This document shows, piece by piece, positions 42,501 through 51,894 of a stretch of 64,000 bases of DNA. The DNA is from an uncultured Gemmatimonadales bacterium (GTDB lineage: Bacteria > Gemmatimonadota > Gemmatimonadetes > Gemmatimonadales > Gemmatimonadaceae): assembly GCA_963707505.1 (NCBI GenBank), contig CAVPQB010000003.1, positions 192,001 to 256,000 of the forward strand. The letters run 5' to 3'. The first letter of the stretch is position 1, and the number at the start of each line of letters is the position of its first letter. The position numbers and the translations under genes were made by a program. The notes below the pieces were generated by a model. It was not told where the DNA came from. It was given only the letters and a program-made list of their open reading frames with translations, and ran no database searches.

Positions 42501-42701
42501 GGCCAGGCGATCCACTTCGCGCGGCCGCGCAACTTCAATCCGAACCTGGACATCGACAGATACTTCCTGCGCAGCTATGGCGGGACGATCCGCGTGAATC
42601 TGTTCAATCTCGCGATACTGAACTGGTCCGTGGCGCGGCCGCTGGACAGGCCGGGATATACGGGCTACAACTGGACGTTCTCGCTGGGCGTCGGTTATTA
42701 A
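39516..42701 (+). CDS. Omp85/BamA-superfamily protein with N-terminal MA-like metallopeptidase and TolB-like (PD40) beta-propeller
   Basis: Signal peptide, FGQNQVKY, HEMVH...WFMEGMAEY, repeated SPDG/WSPD, barrel with VRGY loop-6 motif, terminal WTFSLGVGY. Confidence 0.85.
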   Translation: MTVASRVFGVLAAAALLVSAAPASAQRYFGQNQVKYRYFRWRVLETEHFLIHYYPEEKLPVHDAARMAERSYSRLSRLLGHQFREKKPILLYASRQDFGQSNINGDLGEGVGGVTEPMRQRIELPFTGDYDSFEHVLTHEMVHQFQFDVFAEGKAGANIQNLEQVNPPGWFMEGMAEYLSLGPNHPLTTMWIRNAVENGSMPTIKQMTDDPNDYFPYRYGEALWRYIGERWGDGAIGEILQSVTTMGIDRGFEHELGITLPQLSDQWRAATREEYLPQLASMQRVRDFATPLLTPKITGGSIFIAPVLSPDGKTIAFLSNGSVKKGEIFIDLYLGDATTGKRIKRLVKTTTNPRFEELRLLYSQGSFSPDSKKFAFTAQTEGRDVLSIADVATGDVVQYDKLPLDGVLSPSYSPDGKHIVFSGFADGITDLYIVDADGKNLRRLTSDRYGDAMPSWSPDGTRIAYATDRASTDLPSLKLGKMQIAVYDLQSGTSEVLPGQKGLSINPVWSPDSKSIAYVSDRNGTPNIYLHDLSSNQDLRVTNVQSGISQFTETSPVMSWSRATNRLAFTYFDRNDFTVWYIDNPQQYATAIPAQPAATVASAGAPTTPVRDSTPGRASNATSTYRSANGSRQSGTLSEAEKSDSTNVSSVATLLADPVTGMPDTLTFKDYPYRVSFQPDYISGGTVGVSTGGGYGTQYGGGTTLVFSDLTGDHQLAVGGGVYGRIQDASLLLAYANMSHRWQYITGVSQDVAYLNTAAQVSPDGTQYQYQFLRYVMRSASITAAYPLNRFQRFELGLGASAIGRGFVTQTYDIYGNASQSNGTSLGTLSFLSPNAAYVTDNSLFGVTGPVSGRRMRFAVSPAIGNLKFINYTADYRRYDPVVFNTLTFATRLFFDGSYGRDAYQLPIYVGSPDFVRGYDQSSFYGGYSCSSFLNTGSVYANGCSAPQLIGTRAVVFNEELRFPIIRRFDLGALPIGIPPVDGALFYDAGLAWNAGQAIHFARPRNFNPNLDIDRYFLRSYGGTIRVNLFNLAILNWSVARPLDRPGYTGYNWTFSLGVGY

Positions 42702-42706
42702 GGACA

Positions 42707-42726
42707 GGCGCGGATACGTCCGCGCC
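42707..42726 (+). terminator. GC-rich stem-loop after the Omp85 gene
   Basis: GGCGCGGA-TACG-TCCGCGCC. No U-tract. Confidence 0.35.
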
Positions 42727-42873
42727 CTGCCCTCGCTGCCATCGTCCACGCCTGCGACGCGACGGCGTTGAATCCGATCGTCCCCCGCGGCGCCAAGTCG
42801 CGGGCGACGATCGACGCACCTTCCCGCTGCTAAAACCGTCCCGGAGAGGCGTTTCATCGGTTAAATTCCCGCG

Positions 42874-44445
42874 GTGCACAGACGGCTCTCTATCTCCTTG
42901 TTGCTTCTCTCCGCGATTGCCTGCGGCCGAGAGCACAAAGCGAATACGGACACCGTAGGAAATGCGGCTCGCGCTGAGGCCGCCCGCGGTCCCGATCCAA
43001 TTCTGATCCGGCTGCCCCGAAAGGGCGGCACCGTTCGCGCCTACCTATATCCGCGGCTCGATTCCGTCGTATGGACGGGCCATACGACCTCCATAGACCG
43101 CGTGCTCGGCTTCGATCCGGAAGGCGGCGCACTCGCCATCATCGACGCCAAGGGCCAGCCAGCACGCGTGGACCTTCGGATGAGCGGATCCGCGATTGCA
43201 ACGAAGGCCCAGCTGACTTCGTTGACCGCCCCTACTGGAACGGACATATACGGAGTCGACGACAACGGAACAGTCATTCGGCTCACCCGTTCGGGGGACT
43301 GGAAGCTCACACCACCCTACCCTGCGCGCGCCGTCTTCCCGCAATCCGACGGCGGCCTGGTGATCGACGCCCAGCACGGAAACGATGCAGTTCTCTGGCT
43401 CGTACATCCGCCAGACACCAAGCTTCGTGACACAGTCACACTTCCCATCACCATGCGCGGCGTTCATGCACAGGTGGGCGACCGCGTTTATGTAGCAACC
43501 GATACCGCCCTCGTGGGGGTTCGTGGACGCGACCTGAGCGAGGTGCCACCGATCCGCGTGCGCGGACACATAGTCGCACTTGCCCCGACTCCAAGCGGCG
43601 ACAGGATTTACGTGGCGACGACCGGCGACTCGTCGCTCGCTGTGGTCGACCGATACACGGACAAGGTCGCCTCAACGATTCAACTTCCCGGCGAGATCTC
43701 GGATCTCCGCATGGACGGGCTTGGTCGCTACGTGATTGCGCGCCCTGCCCGCGGTGATTCCGCCTGGGTTATCGCAGTTGCCACGAATCACGTGGTCGGG
43801 TCGGTCCGCACAAAGTGGACGGAAGATCTTCCCGCAACGGCTCCCGACGGCGCGATCGCGCTAAATTCGGGCCGGGACGTGATCTTCGTCGATGGCGAGA
43901 CCCTGCAGGCAGTGCGCACAGTCGCCGGTGGTGCGAGCGACTTCTGGTACTTCACGTTCTGGAACGGATTCCGACCGCGTGCCGCTGGCGTGGATCAGCC
44001 CGTTTCGTTCGCAACCGCCGACACCACGACGAGCGATTCCGCACATCTTGCCGCGGATTCAGCACACGTTGCGACGGCCGACACAGCTGCGAAACCGCAA
44101 CCTGCAACTCCAGTCGCCGCTGTACCACAGCCACCACAGCCGCCGCAACAGTTGCCGCACGAGCCGCCGCACCAGCCAACGCTGCCCGCGCTCACGCCTC
44201 CGCCCACAGCATCGGCCGCGGCGCCGTTCACCGTGTCGTTTGCAGCGCTACTCAACGAGAGCAAGGCGCGTACGCTCGCCGACAGCATCTCCGTCGCTGG
44301 CACGCGGGCTCGAGTAGTACCGTCGCAACGCGCCGGAACCACCATCTATCGCGTAGTACTTGGTCCATATCCGAATCGCGCGGCGGCTGAGCAGATCGGC
44401 CGCGATTCAAAGAGGTCCTACTGGGTATTTCCCGGACAGCCATGA
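42874..44445 (+). CDS. lipoprotein with YncE-like beta-propeller and C-terminal SPOR domain
   Basis: Lipobox AIAC, propeller repeats (PSGDRIYVA, GLGRYVIA), Pro/Gln linker, SPOR-like TVSFAAL..YRVVLGPYPNRAAAE. Confidence 0.8.
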   Translation: MHRRLSISLLLLSAIACGREHKANTDTVGNAARAEAARGPDPILIRLPRKGGTVRAYLYPRLDSVVWTGHTTSIDRVLGFDPEGGALAIIDAKGQPARVDLRMSGSAIATKAQLTSLTAPTGTDIYGVDDNGTVIRLTRSGDWKLTPPYPARAVFPQSDGGLVIDAQHGNDAVLWLVHPPDTKLRDTVTLPITMRGVHAQVGDRVYVATDTALVGVRGRDLSEVPPIRVRGHIVALAPTPSGDRIYVATTGDSSLAVVDRYTDKVASTIQLPGEISDLRMDGLGRYVIARPARGDSAWVIAVATNHVVGSVRTKWTEDLPATAPDGAIALNSGRDVIFVDGETLQAVRTVAGGASDFWYFTFWNGFRPRAAGVDQPVSFATADTTTSDSAHLAADSAHVATADTAAKPQPATPVAAVPQPPQPPQQLPHEPPHQPTLPALTPPPTASAAAPFTVSFAALLNESKARTLADSISVAGTRARVVPSQRAGTTIYRVVLGPYPNRAAAEQIGRDSKRSYWVFPGQP

Positions 44446-45743
44446 TCAAGACCACGCCAGTGTCGACGCCCGTGTCCACCGACACGGGGAATCACGGAAC
44501 GGGTTGGGAAGCGGCGGGCCGACAGATCGCTCCGATGCTTGGCAGCTATTCCGCAGCCGTGATCACCGGCACTGACGCGCTCGCGGCGGCCCATGTCGCG
44601 ATCGGAATCGGTCTCGCGGAAGCCGAGCATCGGCGGATCGCGATCGGCGATCTGGTGGGTGAGATCGAGCCGATTCAGGCGCTCGTAACGAGCGACGATC
44701 CGCACGGCATCTCGGACAGCTTCACCTTTGGCGTGTCGCTCAACAAGATCGCGCAGCCAATCGACACGACCGGGAACCTGTTCATCATGCCAAGCGGAAC
44801 TGGCAGCGTTGCCGATCCGGAGATCTATCGCAACGCCCGCTGGCAGCGGCTCGCGAACGGCTTCCGCGAAGTCGGCGCGCTGCTGTTGCTGGTTGCACCG
44901 GCGGACGCTCCCGGCCTCAAGGAGCTGATCGATCAGCTGGATGGCGTCGTGCTGGTTGGTGCAACTCCGCTCGATTTTGCGCCGTACATCAACGTGCTGG
45001 CGCGAGTGCCGGCTGCACTGCACGCGCGGCCGCGCGGCGCGGCAAAGAATCCGCTGCCGATCTGGAAGATCGCGGCACTCCTGCTGCTGCTCGTCGCACT
45101 CGTCGGCGCCGGACTGTATTTCCGTTTCGCGAATGAAGCGTCAAGCAGGGCGAAGAAGCCTGCGTTCAGACAACCGGCGCCGGTGGTTGCGGCACCGCCC
45201 GTCGTGGCGCCCGTAGATTCGGTTACCGTTCCACCGCCCGCCAATCCGGCGGACTCAGCGGCTGCGTCCGCGTATGCTGTCGAGGTGACGGCATGGAATT
45301 CGAAGGACGACGCGAACGAGACACTCGCCCGCTTTCGCGACATCCTTCCGGCTGGCACGATTTCACCGGTACCGGTGGGTCCCAATCGTGATAGATATTT
45401 CAAGCTGATCGTCGGTGCATACCCGATGAGAAACGAAGCCGACGCGGAGCTCGCCGTGCTGCGCCACAAGAATGTTACTCCGACACCGCAGCTTGGCACT
45501 GTCGTGCGCACGCCGTACGCTCTGTTGATCGACAGCTCGGCCGTCGGACGGCCCAGTGAGCTCGTCAGGAAATACCCGGAAGCCAGAAAGTGGGGCTCAT
45601 ACGTCCTCGCACAGCAGGACGGGTCGCTCAAACTCTACGCGGGAGCCTTCGAGCGGCCGGAAGACGCGGCTGCGCTGATGCTCACGCTGCGTGCTGAAAA
45701 GCTTACACCTACACTCGTATATCGCACAGGGAGAACACCGTAA
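44442..45743 (+). CDS. bitopic protein: degenerate MinD/BY-kinase-like domain, TM helix, Pro linker, SPOR-like domain(s)
   Basis: TM WKIAALLLLLVALVGAGLYF. SPOR-like YAVEVTAW..FKLIVGAY and LYAGAFE..A..L. Confidence 0.72.
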   Translation: MIKTTPVSTPVSTDTGNHGTGWEAAGRQIAPMLGSYSAAVITGTDALAAAHVAIGIGLAEAEHRRIAIGDLVGEIEPIQALVTSDDPHGISDSFTFGVSLNKIAQPIDTTGNLFIMPSGTGSVADPEIYRNARWQRLANGFREVGALLLLVAPADAPGLKELIDQLDGVVLVGATPLDFAPYINVLARVPAALHARPRGAAKNPLPIWKIAALLLLLVALVGAGLYFRFANEASSRAKKPAFRQPAPVVAAPPVVAPVDSVTVPPPANPADSAAASAYAVEVTAWNSKDDANETLARFRDILPAGTISPVPVGPNRDRYFKLIVGAYPMRNEADAELAVLRHKNVTPTPQLGTVVRTPYALLIDSSAVGRPSELVRKYPEARKWGSYVLAQQDGSLKLYAGAFERPEDAAALMLTLRAEKLTPTLVYRTGRTP

Positions 45744-48700
45744 TTGCGGTTGACCAAACTCGAGCTGCACGGATTCAAGTCGTTCGCCGATCACACTGAA
45801 CTGGTCTTCGAGCCCGGAGCCACAGCAATCGTGGGCCCCAACGGCTCTGGCAAGTCCAACGTGTCGGACGCCGTGCGCTGGGTGTTGGGCGAGCAGCGTG
45901 CACGTACGCTGCGCGGCGGCAAGATGGAGGACGTGATCTTCCAGGGTTCTTCCGCGCGCAAGGCGGTGAACATTGCTGAAGTATCACTGCATTTCGACAA
46001 CGAGGACGGCGGCTTCAACGTTCCGTTTCGCGAAGTCGTCATCACGCGCCGGCTGAGCCGGTCGGGTGAGAGCGACTACTTCATCAACCGCTCGGCCGCC
46101 AGACTGCGCGACATTCAGGACATGGTCCGCGGCACGGGACTCGGCGCTGATTCCGGTGTCGTGATCGAGTCACGCATGCTCGACGCGCTGCTCTCCGATC
46201 GTCCCGATGACCGTCGCGAGCTGTTCGAGGAAGCGGCAGGCATCGGTCTCTACCGCGATCGCAAGCGCAGCACGGAGCGCCGCCTGGAGGAGACTACGGT
46301 CGACCTCGCCCGACTCGGCGATCTCCTGAACGAGAAGGAGAGCCACGTTCGCTCCCTCGCTCGCCAGCGCAAGCGCGCCGAGCGACACGCGGAGCTGACG
46401 AGTCGTCGGTTTTCAGTGGACATCACGCTCGCAGCCCGCGAGATGGCCGCCTGGAGCGCAGAGCTGGACGAGCTTCGCGATCGGCTCGCCGCACTGCGTG
46501 AATCAGCGCCGACGGAGCACGAGCGTGTGTTCGCAGCAGAAGGGGCGCGCGATACGGCGCACGCCGCACGCGCGACTGCCGAAGGCGGCCGTAGCGAGCT
46601 CGCGCGCCTTGTTGGCGAGCAGCGCGAACGCGCACAGCAGCTTCGCGGCGAGATTGCCGTCGCCGAAGAGCGCCGCCGCAATGCGGCTGCTCATCGCGAG
46701 CGCGCGGAAGAGGAGCGGCGCGAGCGCGGCGATACTGCGCAACGGGTCGAGGCTGAGTTGTCGGAAGCAGCCGCTTCGCGCGCTCAGCTGGAGGCGGAGC
46801 TCTCCGCGCTCAGCGAGCAGCTCAGCGAGCGCACCACCAGCGAGGAAATCGCCAGGACGGCACTCTCGGCAGCGCGCGGCGCTGTGGAGCAGGCAGAGCG
46901 CCGCGCACGTGAGCTACGCGAGCAGGTCCACCGCCTGACGATGGACCACGATGCCGCCGAGCGCGAGCGACAGGATGTGCTCCGTCGTCACGAGGCGATC
47001 CGGAACGAGCAACTGCAGTTGTTCGATGCCGCGGAGCTCGTTGCGCGCGAAGTCGAGGATGCGCGCGTCGCGCTGGACGTCGCACGCGTTCGCGTGGTGG
47101 AGACCGCCGACATTCGCGACTCTGCCGAAGCCGACGTTCGAGCCGCGCGCGAGGCCGATTCGGCGGCACGCAGCGATGCACTGCGTGCGGAAGAAGCGCA
47201 CGCGGCGCTGGAAGGCCGTGCGCACGCGCTGCAGGCGCTCGAGCGCGAGCGTGTGGGACTCGCGCCAGCGGCGGCAAAATTGCTGCGCGAGCGTGGCAAG
47301 TTCGCCGAGGGGGCCATCCTCGGCCCGCTCAGCGATTACATCAGTGCGGGCTCTGTTCCTGCCGCGCTCATCGAGCGATATCTGGGCGCGACGGTGCATG
47401 CTGTACTGGTGCGCGACCGCGCGGCCGCCGATACGATCCGCGCATGGCACGTCGCCACGCAGCCGGGTCCGCTGCTGTTGCTGCCCGTTGACGCAACGTT
47501 CGCGTCGACCTCGCAAACCGCACCCGACGATCTTGCCACGCTCGTCAACGCGACCGACCCTCTAGCCGCGGGCTGGGTACGCGCACTGCTCGGCGACGTT
47601 CGCGCGGTTGAGGAAGCCACTGCCTTCGTGGACGCGCGTGGTGCCGTATGGTTGCCCGCAAGCGTCGCTGGCCCGGGACCTCTACGTCGCCGCGCAGAGC
47701 TCACCGATATCACGCGTGAGATGGAGACCGCCGCCGCAAATCTTCGGAATGCCGCGGCAATCGCGGGCGGTGCGCGCGAGGCGCTCGATGTCGCGATGCA
47801 GGCATCCGCTGCTGCTGCAGACGCTGCCGCAATCGCTGCACGCGAGGCACGTCATGCGGAAGAGGGAGTGAATGAGATTCTGCGCCGTCATCAGCGTGCC
47901 ACGCGTGAAGTGACCGAGGCGGATCTGGCGCTCGCCAAGCTCTCCGAGCGCGCTGAGGCGCTTGTCCAGCGCGGGACGGAGATCGACGCCGAGATCGCGC
48001 GCATCAATGATGCGGCACATGCACACGACGCAACGCTGGCGGAGCATCGTCGTGCGTTGAGCGAGGCGGAGAGCTCGCACGATCAAACGCGCGAGCTGCG
48101 GACCGCGGCTCAGGTGCAACAGGCGCAAGCGCAAGCCAGGCTGCAGGTCGTCACCGACCGCGAGCGTCGTCTTCGCGAGGAAGAGGTGATGGCGACATCG
48201 CGTCTCTCCGCGTTGCAGTCGGAGCTGAGCACGCTTTCGCAGGATGATGCCGCGCTCACTTCCCAACTTGCAGACTGGGCCCTCGATCTCGAAGCGCGCG
48301 ACGGCGTATTGCGCGACACCGAAGCCCAGCTGTCCGACGCGGAGCGCGCGGTGCGGCTGGCGGACGAGGCGCTATCCGAAGCCGATCATGCTCTCGATCA
48401 GGTGCGACGGGACGCTGCGAATATTTCCGATCAGCTTCATGCCGCAGAGTTGCGCTACACCGAGTTATCCGGTCGCAGGACAGCGATCCGTGAGCGGCTC
48501 GAAACCGAATGGCGCCGACCGCTGGATGAATTGATGGCCGAATGCGTTCAGCTGGAAGACGAGGACGACTCGTTGCGGGCCGAAGCCGCGGACCTTCGTG
48601 CGCAACTCGAGTCGCTCGGCCAGGTCAATCCGCTCGCGATCGAGGAACACCAGGAGGAGAGCAAGGCTGTCGAATTTCTGCGCCAGCAGCGTGCCGATCT

Positions 48701-49286
48701 GGACGAGGCGCGGGCCAAGCTGCAGCAGGCGATCCGCGAGATCGACGCGACGGCGCGCGAGCTGTTCCTCACGACGTTCGTGCAGGTGCGCGAGAATTTC
48801 CGGAACATCTTCATGACGCTGTTTGGCGGTGGCGATTGCGACGTGCGTCTGGAGAATCCCGACGCGCCACTCGACGGCGACATCGAGATCCACGCGTCTC
48901 CGCGCGGCAAGAAGACGCAGCGAATTCATCTGCTCTCGAGCGGTGAGCGCGCGCTGGTTGCGCTGTCGCTGCTGTTCGGAATCTTCCTCACGAAGCCGAG
49001 CCCGTTCTGTCTCCTGGACGAGGTCGACGCTCCGCTCGACGATGCGAACATCGGACGCTTCGTGCGGATGCTGAACGAGTTCAAGGCGAACACGCAGTTC
49101 ATCGTGATCACGCACAACCCGCGCACGACCACCGAAGCGGCTGATGCAGTTTACGGCGTGACGATGCAGGAGCCGGGCGTGTCGTCCATCGTCAGCGTCC
49201 GCATGCGCGGCCCCGCGGTGGAAGAGGCGATAGCGGATCTGCGCCTGCGACAAAGGCCGAGCCGGCGACGGCTGGAGTCTGATTGA
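45744..49286 (+). CDS. smc: chromosome segregation protein SMC
   Basis: GFKSF, Walker A GPNGSGKSN, long coiled coils and hinge, signature LSSGE, Walker B LLDEVDAPLD, ITH. Confidence 0.95.
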   Translation: MRLTKLELHGFKSFADHTELVFEPGATAIVGPNGSGKSNVSDAVRWVLGEQRARTLRGGKMEDVIFQGSSARKAVNIAEVSLHFDNEDGGFNVPFREVVITRRLSRSGESDYFINRSAARLRDIQDMVRGTGLGADSGVVIESRMLDALLSDRPDDRRELFEEAAGIGLYRDRKRSTERRLEETTVDLARLGDLLNEKESHVRSLARQRKRAERHAELTSRRFSVDITLAAREMAAWSAELDELRDRLAALRESAPTEHERVFAAEGARDTAHAARATAEGGRSELARLVGEQRERAQQLRGEIAVAEERRRNAAAHRERAEEERRERGDTAQRVEAELSEAAASRAQLEAELSALSEQLSERTTSEEIARTALSAARGAVEQAERRARELREQVHRLTMDHDAAERERQDVLRRHEAIRNEQLQLFDAAELVAREVEDARVALDVARVRVVETADIRDSAEADVRAAREADSAARSDALRAEEAHAALEGRAHALQALERERVGLAPAAAKLLRERGKFAEGAILGPLSDYISAGSVPAALIERYLGATVHAVLVRDRAAADTIRAWHVATQPGPLLLLPVDATFASTSQTAPDDLATLVNATDPLAAGWVRALLGDVRAVEEATAFVDARGAVWLPASVAGPGPLRRRAELTDITREMETAAANLRNAAAIAGGAREALDVAMQASAAAADAAAIAAREARHAEEGVNEILRRHQRATREVTEADLALAKLSERAEALVQRGTEIDAEIARINDAAHAHDATLAEHRRALSEAESSHDQTRELRTAAQVQQAQAQARLQVVTDRERRLREEEVMATSRLSALQSELSTLSQDDAALTSQLADWALDLEARDGVLRDTEAQLSDAERAVRLADEALSEADHALDQVRRDAANISDQLHAAELRYTELSGRRTAIRERLETEWRRPLDELMAECVQLEDEDDSLRAEAADLRAQLESLGQVNPLAIEEHQEESKAVEFLRQQRADLDEARAKLQQAIREIDATARELFLTTFVQVRENFRNIFMTLFGGGDCDVRLENPDAPLDGDIEIHASPRGKKTQRIHLLSSGERALVALSLLFGIFLTKPSPFCLLDEVDAPLDDANIGRFVRMLNEFKANTQFIVITHNPRTTTEAADAVYGVTMQEPGVSSIVSVRMRGPAVEEAIADLRLRQRPSRRRLESD

Positions 49287-49340
49287 CTGAACGGGCCGAC
49301 GCCGCATGCGGTTCGGCGCCACACCGAGATTGAGCGCATC

Positions 49341-50376
49341 ATGCTTGTAGTCATGCGCCACGACGCGACCGCGACAGACGTCGATCGCGTAGTTGCGGTC
49401 ATAAGGAGATGGGCTACGACGCGCAACCGATGCCGGGCGCGCAGCGCACGGCCGTCGGACTCGTCGGCAACGACGGACGCGTCGACGCCTCGCGGATCGA
49501 AGCGCTTGCCGGCGTCGTGCAAATCATTCACGTCACGCAGCCGTACAAGCAGGTGTCGCGCGAATGGCGGCCCGAGACCACCGTCGTCACGATCGCACCC
49601 GGCGTTTCGTTCGGCGGACAGGACGTGCCCGTGATAGCCGGACCATGCTCCGTGGAATCGGAAGAGCAGATCATTCGCGCTGCCGAGCTGGTGCGCGAGG
49701 CCGGCGGAACGGCGCTTCGCGGCGGCGCATTCAAGCCACGCAGCTCTCCGTACTCGTTCCAGGGACTCGGTCAAGAAGGCCTGAAGCTGCTCGCGCGGGC
49801 GCGCGAAGAAACCGGACTTCCGATCGTCACCGAGGCGATGGACGATGAGGGAGCGCGCATTGTGGCGAGAGCATGCCGACTGCATTCAGATCGGCGCGCG
49901 CAACATGCAGAACTATTCGCTGCTCAAGACGGTCGGGAAACTCGGGAAGCCGGTGCTGCTCAAGCGCGGGATGGCGGCGACGATCAACGATCTGCTTCTC
50001 AGCGCCGAGTACATTCTGGCCGAGGGCAACAGCCACGTGATTCTGTGCGAGCGCGGAGTTCGAAGCTTCGACCCGGCCGTCGCGCAACATGTTCGATCTC
50101 ACGGCGATTCCGATCGTGCACGGGCTGTCGCACCTTCCGATCATCGCGGATCCGAGTCACGGCACGGGACTGCGCGACAAGGTTATTCCGATGGCGCGTG
50201 CAGCGGTCGCCGCTGGCGCCGACGGCATCATCGTCGAGATGCATCCCGAGCCCGATCGCGCGCTGTCGGATGGCGCGCAGTCGCTCTATCCCGATCAGTT
50301 CGCCGATCTCATGATCGAGCTCCGCGGTGTGGCGAAGGCAATCGGCCGTGCACTGCCAGCTTCGCCCGAGGCGTGA
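49341..50376 (+). CDS. aroF: 3-deoxy-7-phosphoheptulonate synthase, type I-beta with N-terminal regulatory domain (frameshifts near 49405, 49865, 50085)
   Basis: [57 protein letters not shown] across four frames. Confidence 0.92.
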
Positions 50377-50427
50377 CACGCACCCGCTCAGCGGAACGGT
50401 AGACGCCCGAGCGGGTACACGATAGCC

Positions 50428-51105
50428 ATGAGATCACGTTACGTCGTGCCTGCACTCGCGCCGGCAATCCTCTGCATTACCGCATCACTCAGTGCGCAAC
50501 GCCCAGAGGCAACACTTCAACGCGCGATCGCCGCGTATGCGAACGCTGAAACGATCGCCGTGCGCTTCGATCAGACTGTAACGAATCCGCTTACGGATCG
50601 AACATTGACGTCAAGCGGCGAGCTCATGCGCCGTCGCCCCAACCGGTTGTCAATCTCATTCGGGGGAACGAATCCTGATCGCATCGTCGCTGACGGAACG
50701 AATCTCTGGGTCTATCTCCCGAGCAGCGCACCAGGACAGGTGATCAAGCTTCCGGCGGCGGGTGAGAGTGGCATGCTCGTCGACCCGATGGGGCAGATAC
50801 TTTCCGCGCCTGTGAGCAACTACGATGTCACCGACGCGGGCGCGAGTGTCGTCAGCGGCGAGGCAACGCACGCGATAACGCTGATACCCAAGTCACGTAC
50901 CGCTCTCTTCACAAAGGCGACTCTCTGGATCGACGACACGGACGGACTGGTGCGTCAGCTCGAATCGACCGAGCCGAGCGGACTGGTACGGAAGATCACC
51001 GTGACGCGCTTCAGGACGAACGTCACGATCCCGCGATCAACGTTTCAGTTCACTCCCCCGCCGAACGTTCGCATCATCGATGGTGGCGGCATGGTGGGCG
51101 GTTAG
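50428..51105 (+). CDS. lolA: outer-membrane lipoprotein carrier protein LolA
   Basis: Signal peptide, F.QT, SG...RPNR, IVADG.NLWVYLP..QV, F.FTPP. Length fits. Confidence 0.8.
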   Translation: MRSRYVVPALAPAILCITASLSAQRPEATLQRAIAAYANAETIAVRFDQTVTNPLTDRTLTSSGELMRRRPNRLSISFGGTNPDRIVADGTNLWVYLPSSAPGQVIKLPAAGESGMLVDPMGQILSAPVSNYDVTDAGASVVSGEATHAITLIPKSRTALFTKATLWIDDTDGLVRQLESTEPSGLVRKITVTRFRTNVTIPRSTFQFTPPPNVRIIDGGGMVGG

Positions 51106-51894
51106 GCTCGCCGCGGCGCGCGTCAGTGCGTCGTACACTGCGAGTGACTCCGGATCGTCGCGCAGCGCAGCACGATGGGCAGCGATTCCTTCGGCATCAC
51201 CGCGTGCCGCTGGTCCCGTGAGAACGTTGCGTGGTGATCCATGCTCCAGATTCGAGACCGCGCCAGCCATGAGCCGCTGCACCACCTGCTCCGCCGTGCG
51301 CTCCTCGACTCCAGCATGGGTCAGAATGCGCGCGGCCAGGGCGGCGAGTACGACCGGAAAGTTGGACGCCATGACGGCAGCGGCGTGGTAGAACGCCTTT
51401 CCATTCGATGGAATGTTGACGGTTCGGGCGCCGATCGCTGCGGCCAGTCTGCGCGCAGCAGCGCACGCGGTCGGATCACCATCGATCCCCACCCATCCGT
51501 CGTGTAGCGCAGCAGCACCGCGCTCCGCCGTGGAAAACGGCGCGAGTGGGTGAAACGTCCCACCTGGTGATCCGGCGCTTCGAAGCTCCTCCAGGGCCGG
51601 CGGAGTAACCGTGCCCGACGTGTGAAGCACGATCGTACCGTGCGTCACCGGCGATCCCTTTTCGCGTGCGACGAGCGCGAGGGTGTGACAGGCCTCGTTG
51701 AGCTCACTGTCAGAAACCGCCAGGATTATGACATTGGCCTCGTTCATCACGCGCGGATATTCGCCGCTCGTCGTCGCACCATCGCGCGGCGTTCGTGCGT
51801 GTACTCCCAACACCTGCAAACCCGCACTTCTGAACGCATAGGCGAGGCCGCGCCCGACCTTCCCGGCGCCGATGATGAAGATCCGCTCGCTCAC
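51037..51894 (-). CDS. Rossmann-like + DUF2520 domain protein (3' end overlaps lolA and is uncertain)
   Basis: IIGAGKVG, LAVSD, HTSG, FHPL, YHAAAVMASN, LTGPAARGD. Confidence 0.85.
   Translation of the reverse strand: MSERIFIIGAGKVGRGLAYAFRSAGLQVLGVHARTPRDGATTSGEYPRVMNEANVIILAVSDSELNEACHTLALVAREKGSPVTHGTIVLHTSGTVTPPALEELRSAGSPGGTFHPLAPFSTAERGAAALHDGWVGIDGDPTACAAARRLAAAIGARTVNIPSNGKAFYHAAAVMASNFPVVLAALAARILTHAGVEERTAEQVVQRLMAGAVSNLEHGSPRNVLTGPAARGDAEGIAAHRAALRDDPESLAVYDALTRAAASLTAHHAATIDDANVRRGSELKR

Noticed and set aside
45744..49286. SMC-based defence system (Wadjet/Lamassu)
   Set aside because: This is a canonical chromosomal SMC with a hinge in a housekeeping context, with no jetABD or effector nuclease neighbours.
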